Assembly (NCBI GenBank): GCA_965240325.2
Contig: OZ251230.1
Location: forward strand, 806,001 to 870,000
DNA length: 64,000 nt
Reading direction: 5' to 3'
Source: Rebecca billardiae RCC1528
Taxonomy: Eukaryota; Protista; Haptophyta
The notes beneath the pieces were generated by a model. It had not been told where the DNA came from and searched no databases. It worked only from the letters and a program-made list of their open reading frames with translations. The position numbers and the translations under genes were made by a program. Below, one piece after another: positions 46,031-58,311 of this stretch; the first letter of the stretch is position 1, and every line of letters begins with the position of its first letter.

Positions 46031-46670
46031 GATCCCGCACGAGTTGCCTTGCACAGTAAGCCGTATGGCCCATCGTGGACGCCCTTCGCAAGCTGTCGCC
46101 ACTTCGCCGCGGTCTCCTAGTTTTCCGCTCCCGCAAGCCTTCAACTTTGCTTGAGACCCCTTCGACCGCTGAGAAACCCGCACAAATCCAGCGAACAGTG
46201 GCCGAGATGCTAACAAGATTGCAGCTAGGCCGAATCGGCATCATCGTGCCTTTCGGGATGACGATTGGCTCTTTCAACTTTGATTCCAAAGATTCATAAA
46301 GATGCTATTGAGATAATATGTCTCACTTTGTCCCGGGAGAAGTTGAGATGATCCATCGACCGACCAATGGGAAGGCAGAACCGCGGGCATCGCGAAAAAA
46401 AGCGTGAATTGTTCGCGGGTTGCGGCCCAGGCCCGACAAAAAACGCAGCGAGTCACGCGGCTGTCACGCCCGACGACCGCGGGACGCGATTGCGGATTGA
46501 ACTGCTCGACGGTGCCCAATTGCGCCCCGCGCCGCATGGGTGCTGGCATTGGCGCAGCGCGCACTGCTGCGGCGGCATAGCGATTAGCGGGCTGCGGCCC
46601 GGCGCTGCGGCCTGCGCAGCCAGCCTGCAGCCGAGTCAGCCGCCGAAGTGTCTGAGTCACAGAATCGAGA

Positions 46671-48359
46671 CAGGTTGCACGGAAAAATGACCGCCCGCGA
46701 CTGACAGATGTTACATTCCCAGTGGACGCGACCTGTCCACCCGTCTTTCGGTACATGGCGCCGTCGCCGTGCGCCCGGAAGCGGCGCGCGCTCTCGCGCG
46801 CTGCACGATGCCCGCTGTTGCGGGTGCAGCGCGCCACTCCGCGCCTCGATCGGCCTCTTCCTGCTTGAGTAGCATGTACCGAAAGTCAACCACCCTTGAG
46901 CTCCAATCGCGACATCGCGCAGCCGCGCGGCACGTTCGCGCGGCATCTGAGTCACAGAGGGCAGCAGAGCAGGCCGTCTCAGCCTGGAAGAGTCCCAGGC
47001 CCGGTGTGAAGAGGCGTAGCAATGCAAGGTGGATACGTGCCGTGCACGTCGCAGTCTGGCCGCACACGACGTTCGCAGCCTACGACTCGCGCGTGCGTGC
47101 TTGCGCTCGGCCACGTCCATTCATCAGCCGTGCGTGTATTGGATGGAGCGCGCGCGCGACTGGTCTTGCACATCACGTTGCGCAGCAACAGTCGCGGGAA
47201 GAGACACGCGACACTCATAGTATGCGACAACCTTGCAATGTTCATCCAGCGCGTGTTGGTGAGGGTCGAAAAGCTGGCGGCGGCTACCTCTCAACCGCTC
47301 GGTTGCACTTGATGGTGCGCATGCGCGCCGGCCGGAGCGCTGAAGTGTCAGAGTCGTGGCATGCTCGAGGCTCTTGGATGAGGAGACGGCCGCTACGCAG
47401 TCTATCTATGTCGTCAGCATGAAGAACGGCATCCACGCACGACGCCTCGCGAACGCACACCTGCTTCCGCGCTGTGACACGCATCGACAAGAACCGCTCA
47501 GCAGGCTGACGAGGCACCACGCCTCACTCACGCCCAAGAACAGCAGGGCGAGTGCTAAGAAGCGGGCGAAGGAAGCTGTCGCTCGCTGCGGCAAGGACGC
47601 TCTCACTGTATAAATGCCGTTGAGCCCTACATAGCCTTCTTTGTCTCGCGTGAGCTCAGCATCAAGGGTGAGGCGTGAGGTGTTGCGCAGACGGTCGCAC
47701 AGGCTCACGTAGACAGCTCGATGGTGATGATCGAGAGCTTCTATCAAGTGTTCAGATGCAGAGCGCGTGCGTACACCGAGCAGGAGCTGACGACCTACAT
47801 GGTATCTATGCCACGCGTGGATCTCCCCGCCGGCCCACAAGTCGCTGACGACTTATTGTCGAACTCGACGAATGCTCGCGCGCGGCATTGCGGGCGAAGG
47901 CTGCACTCGGGCGACGAGCTCGGTCCGATCATGACGGTTTGCCATACTGCGCGTGGTGACGGGCGTTGGGCTCGAGACGGATGGCGCGGGCGGTGTGACG
48001 CAGATAGAGCTGGGCGTGTGCGCTCGCTCCGAGACGCGTCGAAGGGAGGACTGTCTCCAGCTGCCTGATGATCCTGGACGAGAGGGTGATGCTGCTGTGG
48101 CTGTTTGCCGTCTCACGCGACGTGTGATGGGATGATGACAGTCACTGCCGACGGCGAGGGGGTCCCGGCTGTGCTAGCTCAAGGGATGTAGCGCACGCGG
48201 ACAAGTCCTGACGACACGCGCATTCAGCTAGTCATGATGCGGGGCTGCATCGACACGCGAGGCGCGCGCCACCCACGAGCGGCGAGTGGGCGGGCGCCAT
48301 CCTTCAGAGGCGCCGTCTCTCAGAAATGTAACACCAAGGACAGTTTCCTGTGCAACCTG
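46671..48359. mobile_element. Putative degenerate 1.7-kb TIR element
   Basis: CAGGTTGCACGGAAA...TGTTACATT (46671-46717) is mirrored by AATGTAACA...TTTCCTGTGCAACCTG (48325-48359). Flanks TCGAGA / TCAAGA are a near-match 6-bp TSD. The interior is lower in GC with only broken ORFs. Confidence 0.5.
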
Positions 48360-48556
48360 TCAAGACATGTCACAGCTGTGATGTGTGATGTGCCGGCTCA
48401 ATGGCTCGTAGTCGTAGTCATCAGCAGAATAGTTACTCAGACGATAGAGTACGTAGTGTGCTTAGAACGATGACATGACGATGGCACAATAGAGGTTGAC
48501 TCACGCCGCAGGTTCGTTCTGATGGTGCGGCATCGGCGTAGCTACTGGCGTAGCAG

Positions 48557-50776
48557 CTACTGCTGCAGCCTGTCGACGTCGATGAGGCGCATGCGCGCGG
48601 AGGCGTTGTCGTCGATGGCCGAGAGCGCGCTCCCGCCCCCGCTTGTGCCGCCCGACCCGAGCCCATGCGCCGCCCGAGCCCACGGCCCCTCTGCGCGCGC
48701 GAGCCGCGCGCGCGTGCGGCGCGCGTACGCTGCGGCGAGCGCGGCCACGGTCAGCGCCGCGCCCAGCGCCACCGCCGCCGGGTGGTTGGCGATGGGCGAT
48801 GCCCCGTGCAGGCAGCCGCGCAGCCGCGACGGGGCGGCGGGTGCCGGCGGGCGGGCGTCCCGCGCCATCGACAGCCCGCCGCGGTCCACCGACCTCGCCC
48901 ACGCCGGGTCGGGCTCCAGGTCGACCAGCTGCGCCGTGCCGTTGAAGTCGCACTGCGCGCCCGACGCGTGGCCCGCGCGCCACCACGCGGCGAACACGTC
49001 GGTGGCGAGGGCTCGGAGCTGGTCGGTGGAGGCGTTGGCGCCGAGGCCGCCCTCCGCGGCGGCGCACGCGTGCGTGAGGTTGAGCTCGGCGCGCTGGAGG
49101 CACGCCACCCCCACCGCCTTCTGCAGCTCCGCGCGCGAGGCGCGCGGCTTGGCCTCGCAGATGAAGGCGGCGCGCTCCTCGTCGTCACACGCCGCCTGCA
49201 CCTCGGGCGTGTCCATCGCGCCGAGGGCGTCGTGCGGCAGCCAGCCGCGCTCGGCGGCGCGGATGTAGTCCCACTTGGGCTCGAGCTCCGTCTTGAAGTT
49301 CCAGAAGAACCAGCCGTGCCCCTTCGAGAACGCGTGCACCTTCTTGTACCCGAGCGCGCGCGTGACGTTGTCGTCGTCCGCCCACGACTTGTCGATCGGG
49401 CACATGGCGTGCGAGGGCGTGGACTGGCCCGAGCCCGAGGGGCCCTGCGGCGGGAGCACCTTGGAGGGCGGCGCGCCGGGCTGCTCGGGGCCCATGTACG
49501 GCTCGGGGCACGGCACGTAGTCGCACTGCACCAGCGGGTACCCCGGCAGGTTGTCGTTGAAGCCGTTGAGCCACATCGCGCAGTTGTCGGTCGCCAGGCT
49601 CCACTCGCCCACGACCAGCGGCATCGCGCGGCGCTCGTGGCCCTTCACGCCGCGCCGCGCCTCGCACGCGTGGAGGTAGAAGTCGCCCTCGTGGGTGGGC
49701 GGGTCCCACGCCTGGTAGATGTGCGTGTCCATCAGCACGGCGGGGCAGCCCTCCATGAACGTCGCCCACTCCGCCGCCCACAGCCGGAACGAATCGTGCA
49801 TGAAGAAGGACCAGTGCGGCGCGCGCCTCGCCACCACCTTGTACGCCTCCCAGTAGTAGCGCATCAGCGGGCCGAGCGGCGTGAACTGCCACGGCTCGTT
49901 GAGCGGCTCGAAGCCCGCGACCGCCGGGTGCGCCTTGTACGCGTCGACGATCTCGCGCACCACGTCCAGCGTGTGGTGCACCCGCCCCCAGTCCAGCTCG
50001 GTGTAGGCGAGACGGTCCGCGTCGAAGGCGCCGATCCACTCGGCGGCGCGCCGGTCCCAGTGCGAGAACGCGGTGATGCCGATGGGCGGGCGCGAGGCGA
50101 CGGAGGTCCAGTGGATGTTCGCCGCGCGGCCCGAGTTGTCCAGCCCGTTCTGGCTCCCCTCCACGCCGTGCACGTCGAGCAGCACGCGCATGCCGTACCG
50201 CGCGGCCAGCTCGAGCAGCCGGTCGAGCTCGTCGACAGAGCCGTCGGTGCAGCCCACGTAGGGCCCGTACGGACGCCACATCCAGTCGGCGACGGGCACG
50301 CGGAGCCAGGTGATCTTGAGCTCGGCGAGCTTCTTGATGTCCGTCTCGTTCACCCACGCCGCCCAGTGCCGGCGCAGCTGCTTGTTCGCCTCCTGCGCGC
50401 CGAGCACCTGGCAGAAGGTGTACGTGTCGAGCGCGGTGTGGTTGGGCGCGGCGTCCCCGTGCCGCTTGTCCGCGCCGAGGAACTGGTAGAAGAGGGAGGG
50501 CGTGATCCACGGCTCGAGCACGAGGAACCCGCCCATGTTCACGCCGCGGATCCGCCGGTCGATCGACGCGCCGCGGAATCCGTCGCCGACGGCGCACGTC
50601 ATGTCCTCGTCGGAGAACGTGATGCCGGTCGGCGGCGAGGCGCGCAGGGGGTCCTTGTACGTGAAGTGGCTGCCGCCGCTGTAGAAGGCGTCGAAGATGC
50701 CGGGCTCGACCCAGCGCGCGGCCGACGCCGCCGTCGCGCCGGCGAGCGCGAGCGCAATCACCGCCGGGGCCCGCAT
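48557..50776 (-). CDS. GH5 exo-beta-1,3-glucanase-like protein with signal peptide, C-terminal X8 (CBM43)-like domain and a transmembrane helix
   Basis: IRGVNMGGFLVLEPWITPSLF, LLDVHGVEGSQNGLDNSG, LNEP (acid/base), DTHIYQ, VGEWSLA (nucleophile), GWFFWNFKTE. X8-like CEAKP..LQKAVGVAC...CDFNGTAQLV. Hydrophobic AAVALGAALTVAALAAAY. Confidence 0.92.
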   Translation of the reverse strand: MRAPAVIALALAGATAASAARWVEPGIFDAFYSGGSHFTYKDPLRASPPTGITFSDEDMTCAVGDGFRGASIDRRIRGVNMGGFLVLEPWITPSLFYQFLGADKRHGDAAPNHTALDTYTFCQVLGAQEANKQLRRHWAAWVNETDIKKLAELKITWLRVPVADWMWRPYGPYVGCTDGSVDELDRLLELAARYGMRVLLDVHGVEGSQNGLDNSGRAANIHWTSVASRPPIGITAFSHWDRRAAEWIGAFDADRLAYTELDWGRVHHTLDVVREIVDAYKAHPAVAGFEPLNEPWQFTPLGPLMRYYWEAYKVVARRAPHWSFFMHDSFRLWAAEWATFMEGCPAVLMDTHIYQAWDPPTHEGDFYLHACEARRGVKGHERRAMPLVVGEWSLATDNCAMWLNGFNDNLPGYPLVQCDYVPCPEPYMGPEQPGAPPSKVLPPQGPSGSGQSTPSHAMCPIDKSWADDDNVTRALGYKKVHAFSKGHGWFFWNFKTELEPKWDYIRAAERGWLPHDALGAMDTPEVQAACDDEERAAFICEAKPRASRAELQKAVGVACLQRAELNLTHACAAAEGGLGANASTDQLRALATDVFAAWWRAGHASGAQCDFNGTAQLVDLEPDPAWARSVDRGGLSMARDARPPAPAAPSRLRGCLHGASPIANHPAAVALGAALTVAALAAAYARRTRARLARAEGPWARAAHGLGSGGTSGGGSALSAIDDNASARMRLIDVDRLQQ

Positions 50777-51020
50777 CGGACAGTCGTCGCTGATTCCGAT
50801 TAAGAAGATTCGTTTGGAAATTCTGAGCGGCCTTCCGCCGCCGCCGCCGCCGCGCGCCCGCCGCCTCTGCCAACGGCAACGGTCGGTAGCTTACAGCAGT
50901 TTACCTGTATTTTTTTAAAAAGGAATGATATAGTTAGCAAGTGACGCACAGGACACAGCTCAGGCATCAGGCGAGTCTTAGTCTGAGTTGGCGGCGACGC
51001 GCGCTGCGGCAGTGCCGCGG

Positions 51021-54000
51021 CTACTCGTAGTCGTACACTTCATGCAGGTCGTAGCGGTAGCCATCGCCGTGCGACTGCGCGTGCTGCAGGCCCTCGTCGT
51101 GCGCGGAGCCGCCCCAGGCCCAGCCGCCCGCCCAGCCATCAGCGCTGAGCCTGAGTGACCCGCTGACAGCGCCGTGCGCCGCGGCGGCGTGCGGCTGAGC
51201 CGACGCGGCGGCTGCCCACACGGCCGCCGCCCACACTTCGAGCGCGCGGCGCAGCCGGAGGAACGCGCTGCGCTCCGCATTCACGGCGGCGAGCGCCGCG
51301 CCGCGCATGCGCATCATCACCACCGCGGGGTCAAAGCGCGCGGCCGCGTGCGGCGCGGCCGGGCGGCCCGGCGAGGCCGCGGCGCGGCCGGGGGCGCGAG
51401 GGGCGGCGCGCGGCGCTGCGCCGGCTGCGCTGCGTGGGCCGCCGTCTGCGCTCGCGGGCGGCGCCCACGGCCGCTCGCCGCTCCTGTGCTGCGCGACGCC
51501 CCGAGCCGCGCGCGCCGCCGTCGCCTGCACCGCCGCGTCGGCGAGCTGAGGCGCCGCCGCCGGCGCCGGCGCCGCGCGCGCGCCCAGCTCGACGGCCAGC
51601 GCGGCGCGGCGCCACGCGCCCACCGCTCGGCCGAGGCTTGCGCGGCGGAGCGCGCGGCGCGCGGCCGAGAGCGCGCTGATGCGCGCGGCCGCCACCTCGG
51701 TGAGCGCGCGGTCCCGCTGCGCCGCGACCGCGTGCACCGCCGAGAGCGGGGCGAGCGTGTGCAGCAGCGCGCGCACGCGCCACGCGCCGAGCGCGCGCGC
51801 CGCAAGCGCCGCGTCCACCGAGCGCAGCGCGCAGCGCAGCAGCGCGGCGCGCGTGCGCGCGACCGCGACGACGGCGTCGTCGGCGCGCGCGGCGCGCGCC
51901 CACGCGCGCAGCGCGTGCGCAAGCCTGGTCGCCCGCCCGCCCGCCGCGGTGGCGAGGGCGAGGGCGAGGGCGGCGGTGCGCGCGCCGGCCTTGCGCGCGC
52001 GAGCCAGCGCGCGCTCCGCCGCGCGCGCGCGCCGCTCCGCAGCGCTCGCCGCCTCCGCGCCCGCGTCCGCGCCGGCTTCGGCCGAGCCGCGCGCCGCGTG
52101 CCCCGGGCCCGCGGGCGAGCGCGCGCCGCGCGACGCCGCCGCCGCCGTCTGACTTGCGTGCAGTCGGCTGTGCACGCCGCCCGCGGCGCGCGCCGAGGCG
52201 GCGCGCCGCGCGGTGGGGCTCGGCGTCGCGCCGCGCGCCGGCGACGGCGCGGCGGCGGTGGCGGCGCTCCGCGCGGCCGCAGCGTCGGGCGGCGCGCACG
52301 CCACGCCCGCGCCGTGCGGCGCGCGCCCCTCGGCGCCCGCGCGCCCACCGAGCAGCGCGCCCGCCGCGGTGTCGAGGACGCGCCGCGCCGCGCGCTCCGC
52401 CTCCGCCTCCGCCTCCACCTCGGCGTCCACGCCCGCCTGCACCGCGCCCAGCCGCTGCTGCCGGTACGCCAGCAGCACCGCGCGCTCCGCCTCCAGCGCC
52501 GCGCAGCTCGACTCGAGCGCAGACACGCGCGCGCGCAGGCCCGCCGCCTCCGCGCCCGCACCCGCCGAGTCGGCGGCCGCTCGTGCCGTGGCGGCGCCTG
52601 GCGGAGCGCCGCCGCCGCCGTCGGGGTCGGGCACGGCGGCGCTCGGCGGCGGCGCGGGCGCGTGTGAAGCGGGCGGCGTGTGAAGCGCCTCCGCCTCGGC
52701 GTTCGGCCCAGCCCTCGGCCCCGGCCTCGGCCCGCCGCGCGCCTTTGGCCCCGACCCCTCCAGCGCCATCCTTCTGCGCTCCGCCGCGCGCGCGCGCTCG
52801 TCTGCCGCGCGCGCGTGCGCCGTCGCGCGCGTCGCCACCAGCTGCGCCTCCGCCAGCGCGGCGGCGAGCTCGTCGCGGGCGAGCGTCGCCGCGCTCACGG
52901 CGGAGGCGGCGCGCGCGCGCTCGCGCGCCGCGCCCATCGAGCGCGCCGAGCGGAGCGCGATCGCGCTCGCCTCCGCGCCCGCGGCCGCGTGTGCGAGCGC
53001 CGCGCGCCACGTGATGAGGGCGGCGAGCGCGGCGGCGCGCGCGCGCGAGCCCGCCGCCGACGCGGCGCGCATCGCGCCAAAGCGCGTGCGCAGCGTGCCG
53101 AGCATGGCGTGCAGCGCGCCCACGCGGCTGCTCAGCGCGTCGTTGGCGCGGATCGCCGCGGAGAGGGCGCCCGCCGCGTCCGCTCCGCCGGCGTGCGCGG
53201 GCGCCACACCCGCCGCACCCGCGGGCACGGCAGCCATTGTCGTGCCAGCTGCTGCCGTGCAAGCGCCGCGGCCGCACCCGCACCCGCCGCCGCCGCCGCT
53301 GCCGCCGCCGCGCTCGGCCTCAGGCTCGGCGGCCGCCGCGATGGCGCGGCCGCCGCCCTCGCCACCGTCCGTCGCGGGCGCGGAGCGCGCGCACGACGCG
53401 CCCTCGTCGGCGGCCACCGCACCGCCGCCCAGCGCCACCGTGCCCTGCTCGGCGGCGGGCAGCCCGCCGGCGCGCGCGGCCGCGCCGGCGGCGTGCGCGG
53501 CCGCGGCCGCGACGACGGGTGCGGCCGCGGGCAGCGCGGGCGCGGCGTGCACGCGCCCGGGCCTGGGCAGCTCGACCCAGCCGCCGCCGCTGTTCGCGCG
53601 CCCGCGCCGTGCCGCGCGGGCTCCGCCCGTGCCGCGCTCGGCGGGGCCCACCCCCGCCACGCTCGGCGCGGCGGCCCCGACCGCCGCCGCCGCGCGCCGC
53701 CACGCCGCGAGGGCCGCGCACAGCGCCCACGCGCTCGCGCCGCGCGTGAGCGCGCGCACGCGCTGCGCGGCCGCCCACGCGCGCGCGTGCTCGACGGCGG
53801 CCTTGAGGTCCTCCGCCTCGGCGCGCCACACGGCCGCGTCCGCGCGCGCGCGCTCCGCCGAGCCCGCGCCCGCGCGCTGCGCGCCCTCCGCCGCCGGCGG
53901 CGCCACCGCAGTCGCGCGCGCCGGCGGCGGCGAGCGCGCCCGCGCGCCGCGCTCGCGCGCGCGCGCGCGCGCGCCTGCGCCCGCGAGCGAGAAGGCGCCA

Positions 54001-56583
54001 TCGTGCAGCTCGGCGGGCGCGCCCGGGCTGCCGGGCCCGAGCTCGCGCGCGCGCGCGGCCGCGGCGCCGAGCTCGGCGCGCACAGCGCGCGCCTCTTCGC
54101 GCGCGCGCTCGGCCGCGCCCTGCGCGCGCGCGAGCGCGGCGCGCAGCCGCGCGGCGCGCGCAGCCGCTGTGAGCAGCCGCCAGCGCCAGAGCACGCGGCC
54201 GCTGAGGAGGCGGTGCGCGCGCAGCGCGAGGCGCAGCTCGGACAGCTCGGCGACGAGCGCGCGCTCGGCCGCGCTCGGGGGGCGCGCCGACGCCGCCGCG
54301 CCCGCCGAAGCCACCGTCGCGCCGCGCGCGCGCGCCGCCCCCTGCCCCGCGCCGCGCGCCGCCTCTCGGCACGCCGGCTGCGCCGCGCCCACTGCGGCAC
54401 CGGCGGCGGGCGGCGACGCGGCAAAGTGCGGCGCGCTGGGCGACGGGGCGAGGGCCGCGTTGCCGCCGCCGCCGCGCGGCGAGAGCGGCGAGCGCTTCTC
54501 CGCACTGCGCGCCGCCGCTACCGCCGCCGCCACCTTCGCCTTCACCGCGGGCGAGGCCAGCTCGTGCGTCCGCACCGCGCGCGCGGCCGCCTCCGCCTCC
54601 GCCGCCTCCGCGCGCGCGCGCAGCCGGCCCGCGGAGGCGACGGCGCGCGCCTCGCGCGCGCGCGACGCCTCGACCGCGGCGCGCAGCACGGCCAGCTCGT
54701 CCTCTGCCGCCTCCGCCACGTCGGAGCGCCGCGTTCCCGCCGCGGAGCGCGCGCCGCGCCCGCCGCCCCGGCCGATCTCGTCGTCCTCCCGGCCGCTGCC
54801 GCCGCGGCGCTCGGCGGCGGCAGCGGCGCCGCCGGCGCGCGCCGCCGCGGACGGCGGCGTGGGCGGCGGACCGCCGAGCGCGCGCGCGACGGTGCGCGCG
54901 CGGTCGCGCGCGCTCGACGCCGCGGTGGGCGAGGTGGGCGCGCTCGGCCCGCGCAGCACCAGCGCCATCCGCACGATGGCCGACGCCTCCCGCCACGCGC
55001 TCAGCGCGCGCGCGGCCGCGTGCGCGCCGCGCGCGCCGAGCGCGCGCTCGAGCGCGCGCGCGCGCTGCGCGGCGGCGGCGCGCTGCGCGGCGGCGGCCGC
55101 CGCCTCGCCGATGCGGCCCTTGCGCGGCGGAGAGGCGGGCGCGGCGCTGAGCGCGGCGCGCCTCGCGCTCGCGCCGTCGAGCGCGCGCGCCGCCTCCGCG
55201 CGCGCAGCCCCCGCGGCCGCGCGCGCCTCCGCCGCGTCCGCGCGCGCCGCGGCCGCGTCCGCCAGCGCGGCGTCGCGGTCGGCGCGCGCGGCGTGCGCCT
55301 CAGCGCGCGCGGCGCTCGCTGTGCGTGCCGCCGCGTCGGCCTCGGTCGCCTCGTGCGCCGCGTGCTCGCGCGCGCTCGCCAGCTCCGCGTCCGCCACGCC
55401 CCGCCGCCGCTCCGCCTCGGCAAGCTCCGCGCGCGCCGCGGCCGCCTGCTCAGTCAGACTCTGAGCGGCCGCGCGCGCCTCGGCCGCGCGCTGCGAGGCC
55501 GAGGCGGCGTCGGCGCGCGCGCGCGCGGCCGCGCTCGCCGCGCTGCGCTGCTCGTCGCGCATCTGCTCGAGCGCCGCCTCAAAGTCTCGCAGCGCCTCGA
55601 GCTGCGAGCGCGCGTGCGCGGCGGCGGCGTGCGCCTCCGCCGCGCCCGCCGCGCCGTCGCCGCCGCCCGCGGGCGCGGGCTCGCGCGCGCCAGCCGCGGC
55701 GGCGGGCGCGGCGGCCACAGCCGCAGGGCTGGCGGCGGGCCGCGGCCGCGGCGGCGCGCTCGGCGGCGAGCTGCGCGCGAGCAGGCGCGAGGTGGGCTGT
55801 GGCGGGCGCGGCGGCGAGCTCGCGGGGGGCGGCGGAGGAGGAGGCTGCGGCTGCGCGCCCGGCTGCGCCGCCGCGCCCTCACCGCTCGCACAAGCCGACA
55901 CGCCCGCAGCCGCGCCCGCGACGTCGGCGGCGGCCCGCGCCGACGCCGCCGGCGCCGCGGGCAGCTCTGCGATCAGAGCGCCGTGGCCAGTCGAGCACGC
56001 CACGGCGGTCGCGCGCGCGCCCGGGGACGCGCCGAGCGCAAGCCGAGCGGGCGGCGCGCCCTCTGCGAGCCACGCGTACGCGGCGCCGTCCTCGCGCAGC
56101 GCGACGACGCCCGCCGCGCCGCACGCCACCGCCGCCGCGCGGTCGCCCTCCGCTGGAAAGGGCCGCAGCCGCGCAGGCGTGAGCTGCGCGCGCGCGCCGT
56201 CCGCATCCGCGAGCGCGCGCGGTGTGCGCGGCTCGAAGACGCCGTCGGGCGGGGCGTCGCCCTGCGTCGGCCCGCCGCGCACGCCCATCCGCCCCCACGC
56301 GAACACGCCGCCGTCGGCCGTCACCGCCGCGGACGAGTGCGGGCCGCACGCGACGCTGAGCACGCGCCGCCCGCTGAGTGCGACGATGGGGGTGGGCGTG
56401 GCGCGGTCGTCGGCATCGCCAAGCCCGAGCTGGCCGGAGGCGCCGCAGCCCCAGGCGAGCACGTCGCCGCGCACGCTGAGCGCGAGGCAGTGGTGCCCGC
56501 CGCACGCGATCGAGTCGACCAGCCCAGCCGCGGCCTCGCGCACCCACGGCTGCGCGCCGCCGCCGCCGCCGCCGCCGCCGTCA

Positions 56584-56623
<40 letters not shown>

Positions 56624-57359
56624 CAGGCGGCTCCGTCGATTCTGCCGCCGGCGGCGCGGCGGGCTGCAGCCGCACGCGCACGGGCGCGCTGGCGGATGCG
56701 CCGGCGCCGGCGTTGCCCAGCTGCCCATACTTTCCCCAGCCCCACGCGTACACGTACCCCGCGCGGCTGAGCGCCGCCGAGTGATGCGTGCCCGCGGCGA
56801 CCTGCACACATCGCGCGCGCGCGCGCACGGGCACGCGAGGGCGCGCTGCCGGCGTGAGCGTGCGCACGGCTGGGTGCGGCGCGTGCGCCGACGGCGCGCG
56901 GTGCGCAGGGGCCCACGCGCGTGCCTGGATCACGCTCTCCGCGCGCAGGCTCTCGACGAGCTGCGGCAGCAGCTCGTCGTCGGGCTCGGTGCCGCCGAGG
57001 CCGTGCGCTCCAAAGCTGCCGGCACCCCACGCGCGCACGCGCCCGTCTATGCCGGCGGCGAGGCAGTGGTGCGCGCCGCACGCGATGGAGATGAGAGGCG
57101 AGGGCTGGAGCGCATCCACTCGCCGCGGTGACGGCTCGGAGGCGCGCGAGCCGTGCCCGAGCTGGCCGCTGTCGCCCGCGCCCCACGTGAGCACCGAGCC
57201 GTCGACGCCGAGCGCCGCCGTGTGCTGCTCGCCGCACGCGACGCGGCGCACGACGAGTCCGTGCGGGAGCGAGCGCACCAGCTTGGGCGCGGGCTCGTCC
57301 TGCTCGAGCCCGTGCCCGAGCTGCCCTTTCCCCCCCACGCCCCAGCAGAAGAGCGACAT
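51021..57359 (-). CDS. RCC1-repeat beta-propeller protein with a long Ala/Arg-rich helical C-terminus; probable in-frame GC-AG intron at 56802-56924
   Basis: Repeated WG.G..GQLG and VACG..H motifs in the N-terminal ~450 aa. Removing 56802-56924 (CAG|GCACGC...GTGCAG|GTC) restores VIQVAAGTHHS. The C-terminal structure is uncertain and further introns are possible. Confidence 0.75.
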
Positions 57360-58311
57360 GTGGAGACGGTCGCCGTGGCGCTTAGTGCGGCATGGCGTGC
57401 GACCGTGCGTCGGTTCAAACGGCGCCTTCGCGCCTCGCGCGGGCTTTTGCCTTTTGGCTTGTCGGTCGTCGCTCGATTTTGAGATTATCATTGTCGGCCC
57501 TCCGGAAATAAATGGGTCCGGCCGATGTCCGGCCAGCCGGATTTGCGGACCTAAGGTGGAGCCGGATAGTTAACCTGTACATTATGAATGAGGGATCATC
57601 AATCAACGTGGCGTATAGTTTTTACTCTGATTTCACGTGCACACTTGTTTAAGGCGTGATTGACGCCATCCCAGGACTTGTCAACCATTAAAACTTGACA
57701 TTCTGATCATCAACGCGGCGAACCCGAATGCACATGAATATGATTTCCATACCCATACGCGGAGAACATATTATGGTTGATTGCCACGTCTATTTTGAGC
57801 GAAAGAGAAAATTGCAAAACATGCAGGAGAAGATCCTCATCAGCACATGAAGGCGGGTGATATTTTGAGAGTTCGGCCAAAGTTCGGCGCTCAGATATGA
57901 CGAGACACGTAAGTGCTTAACTACTTTTTGACGATTTGAGTGTATCATACGGGCATTCGACTCCCTATGTAATCACGTCAATGAGCCCGCCAGAGTGATG
58001 AGTATTGCGGGTGCATATTGAGTTCGAATTCCAACGCTTCACCATGTCGAGATTACTGCGACAGTGTTGCGATCCCTATGATCAGACCCTTACACATATG
58101 TTCGTGTGCATAGTGTTTGATACATCAAAAACCCTGGGGCGAACCTCCACGAAGTTTTGTGTGTGCTAAAGCCTCGGGGCAAAGGGAGATCTTATCGCAG
58201 ATAGAATCATCACTGCAAGATGAGCGGGTTCCGCGCGCCGTGCAAAACTTTGTGCTGGTTCGCCGGCGCATCTTCGCTTTCGGTCACGCCTTTCTCGGCA
58301 ACACTTGGCGG

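Noticed and set aside
52680-57131. 1483-aa plus-strand ORF and similar antisense ORFs over ARP2, GH5 and the kinase exons
   Set aside because: Antisense shadows caused by extreme GC/GC3 bias, with no recognisable motifs.
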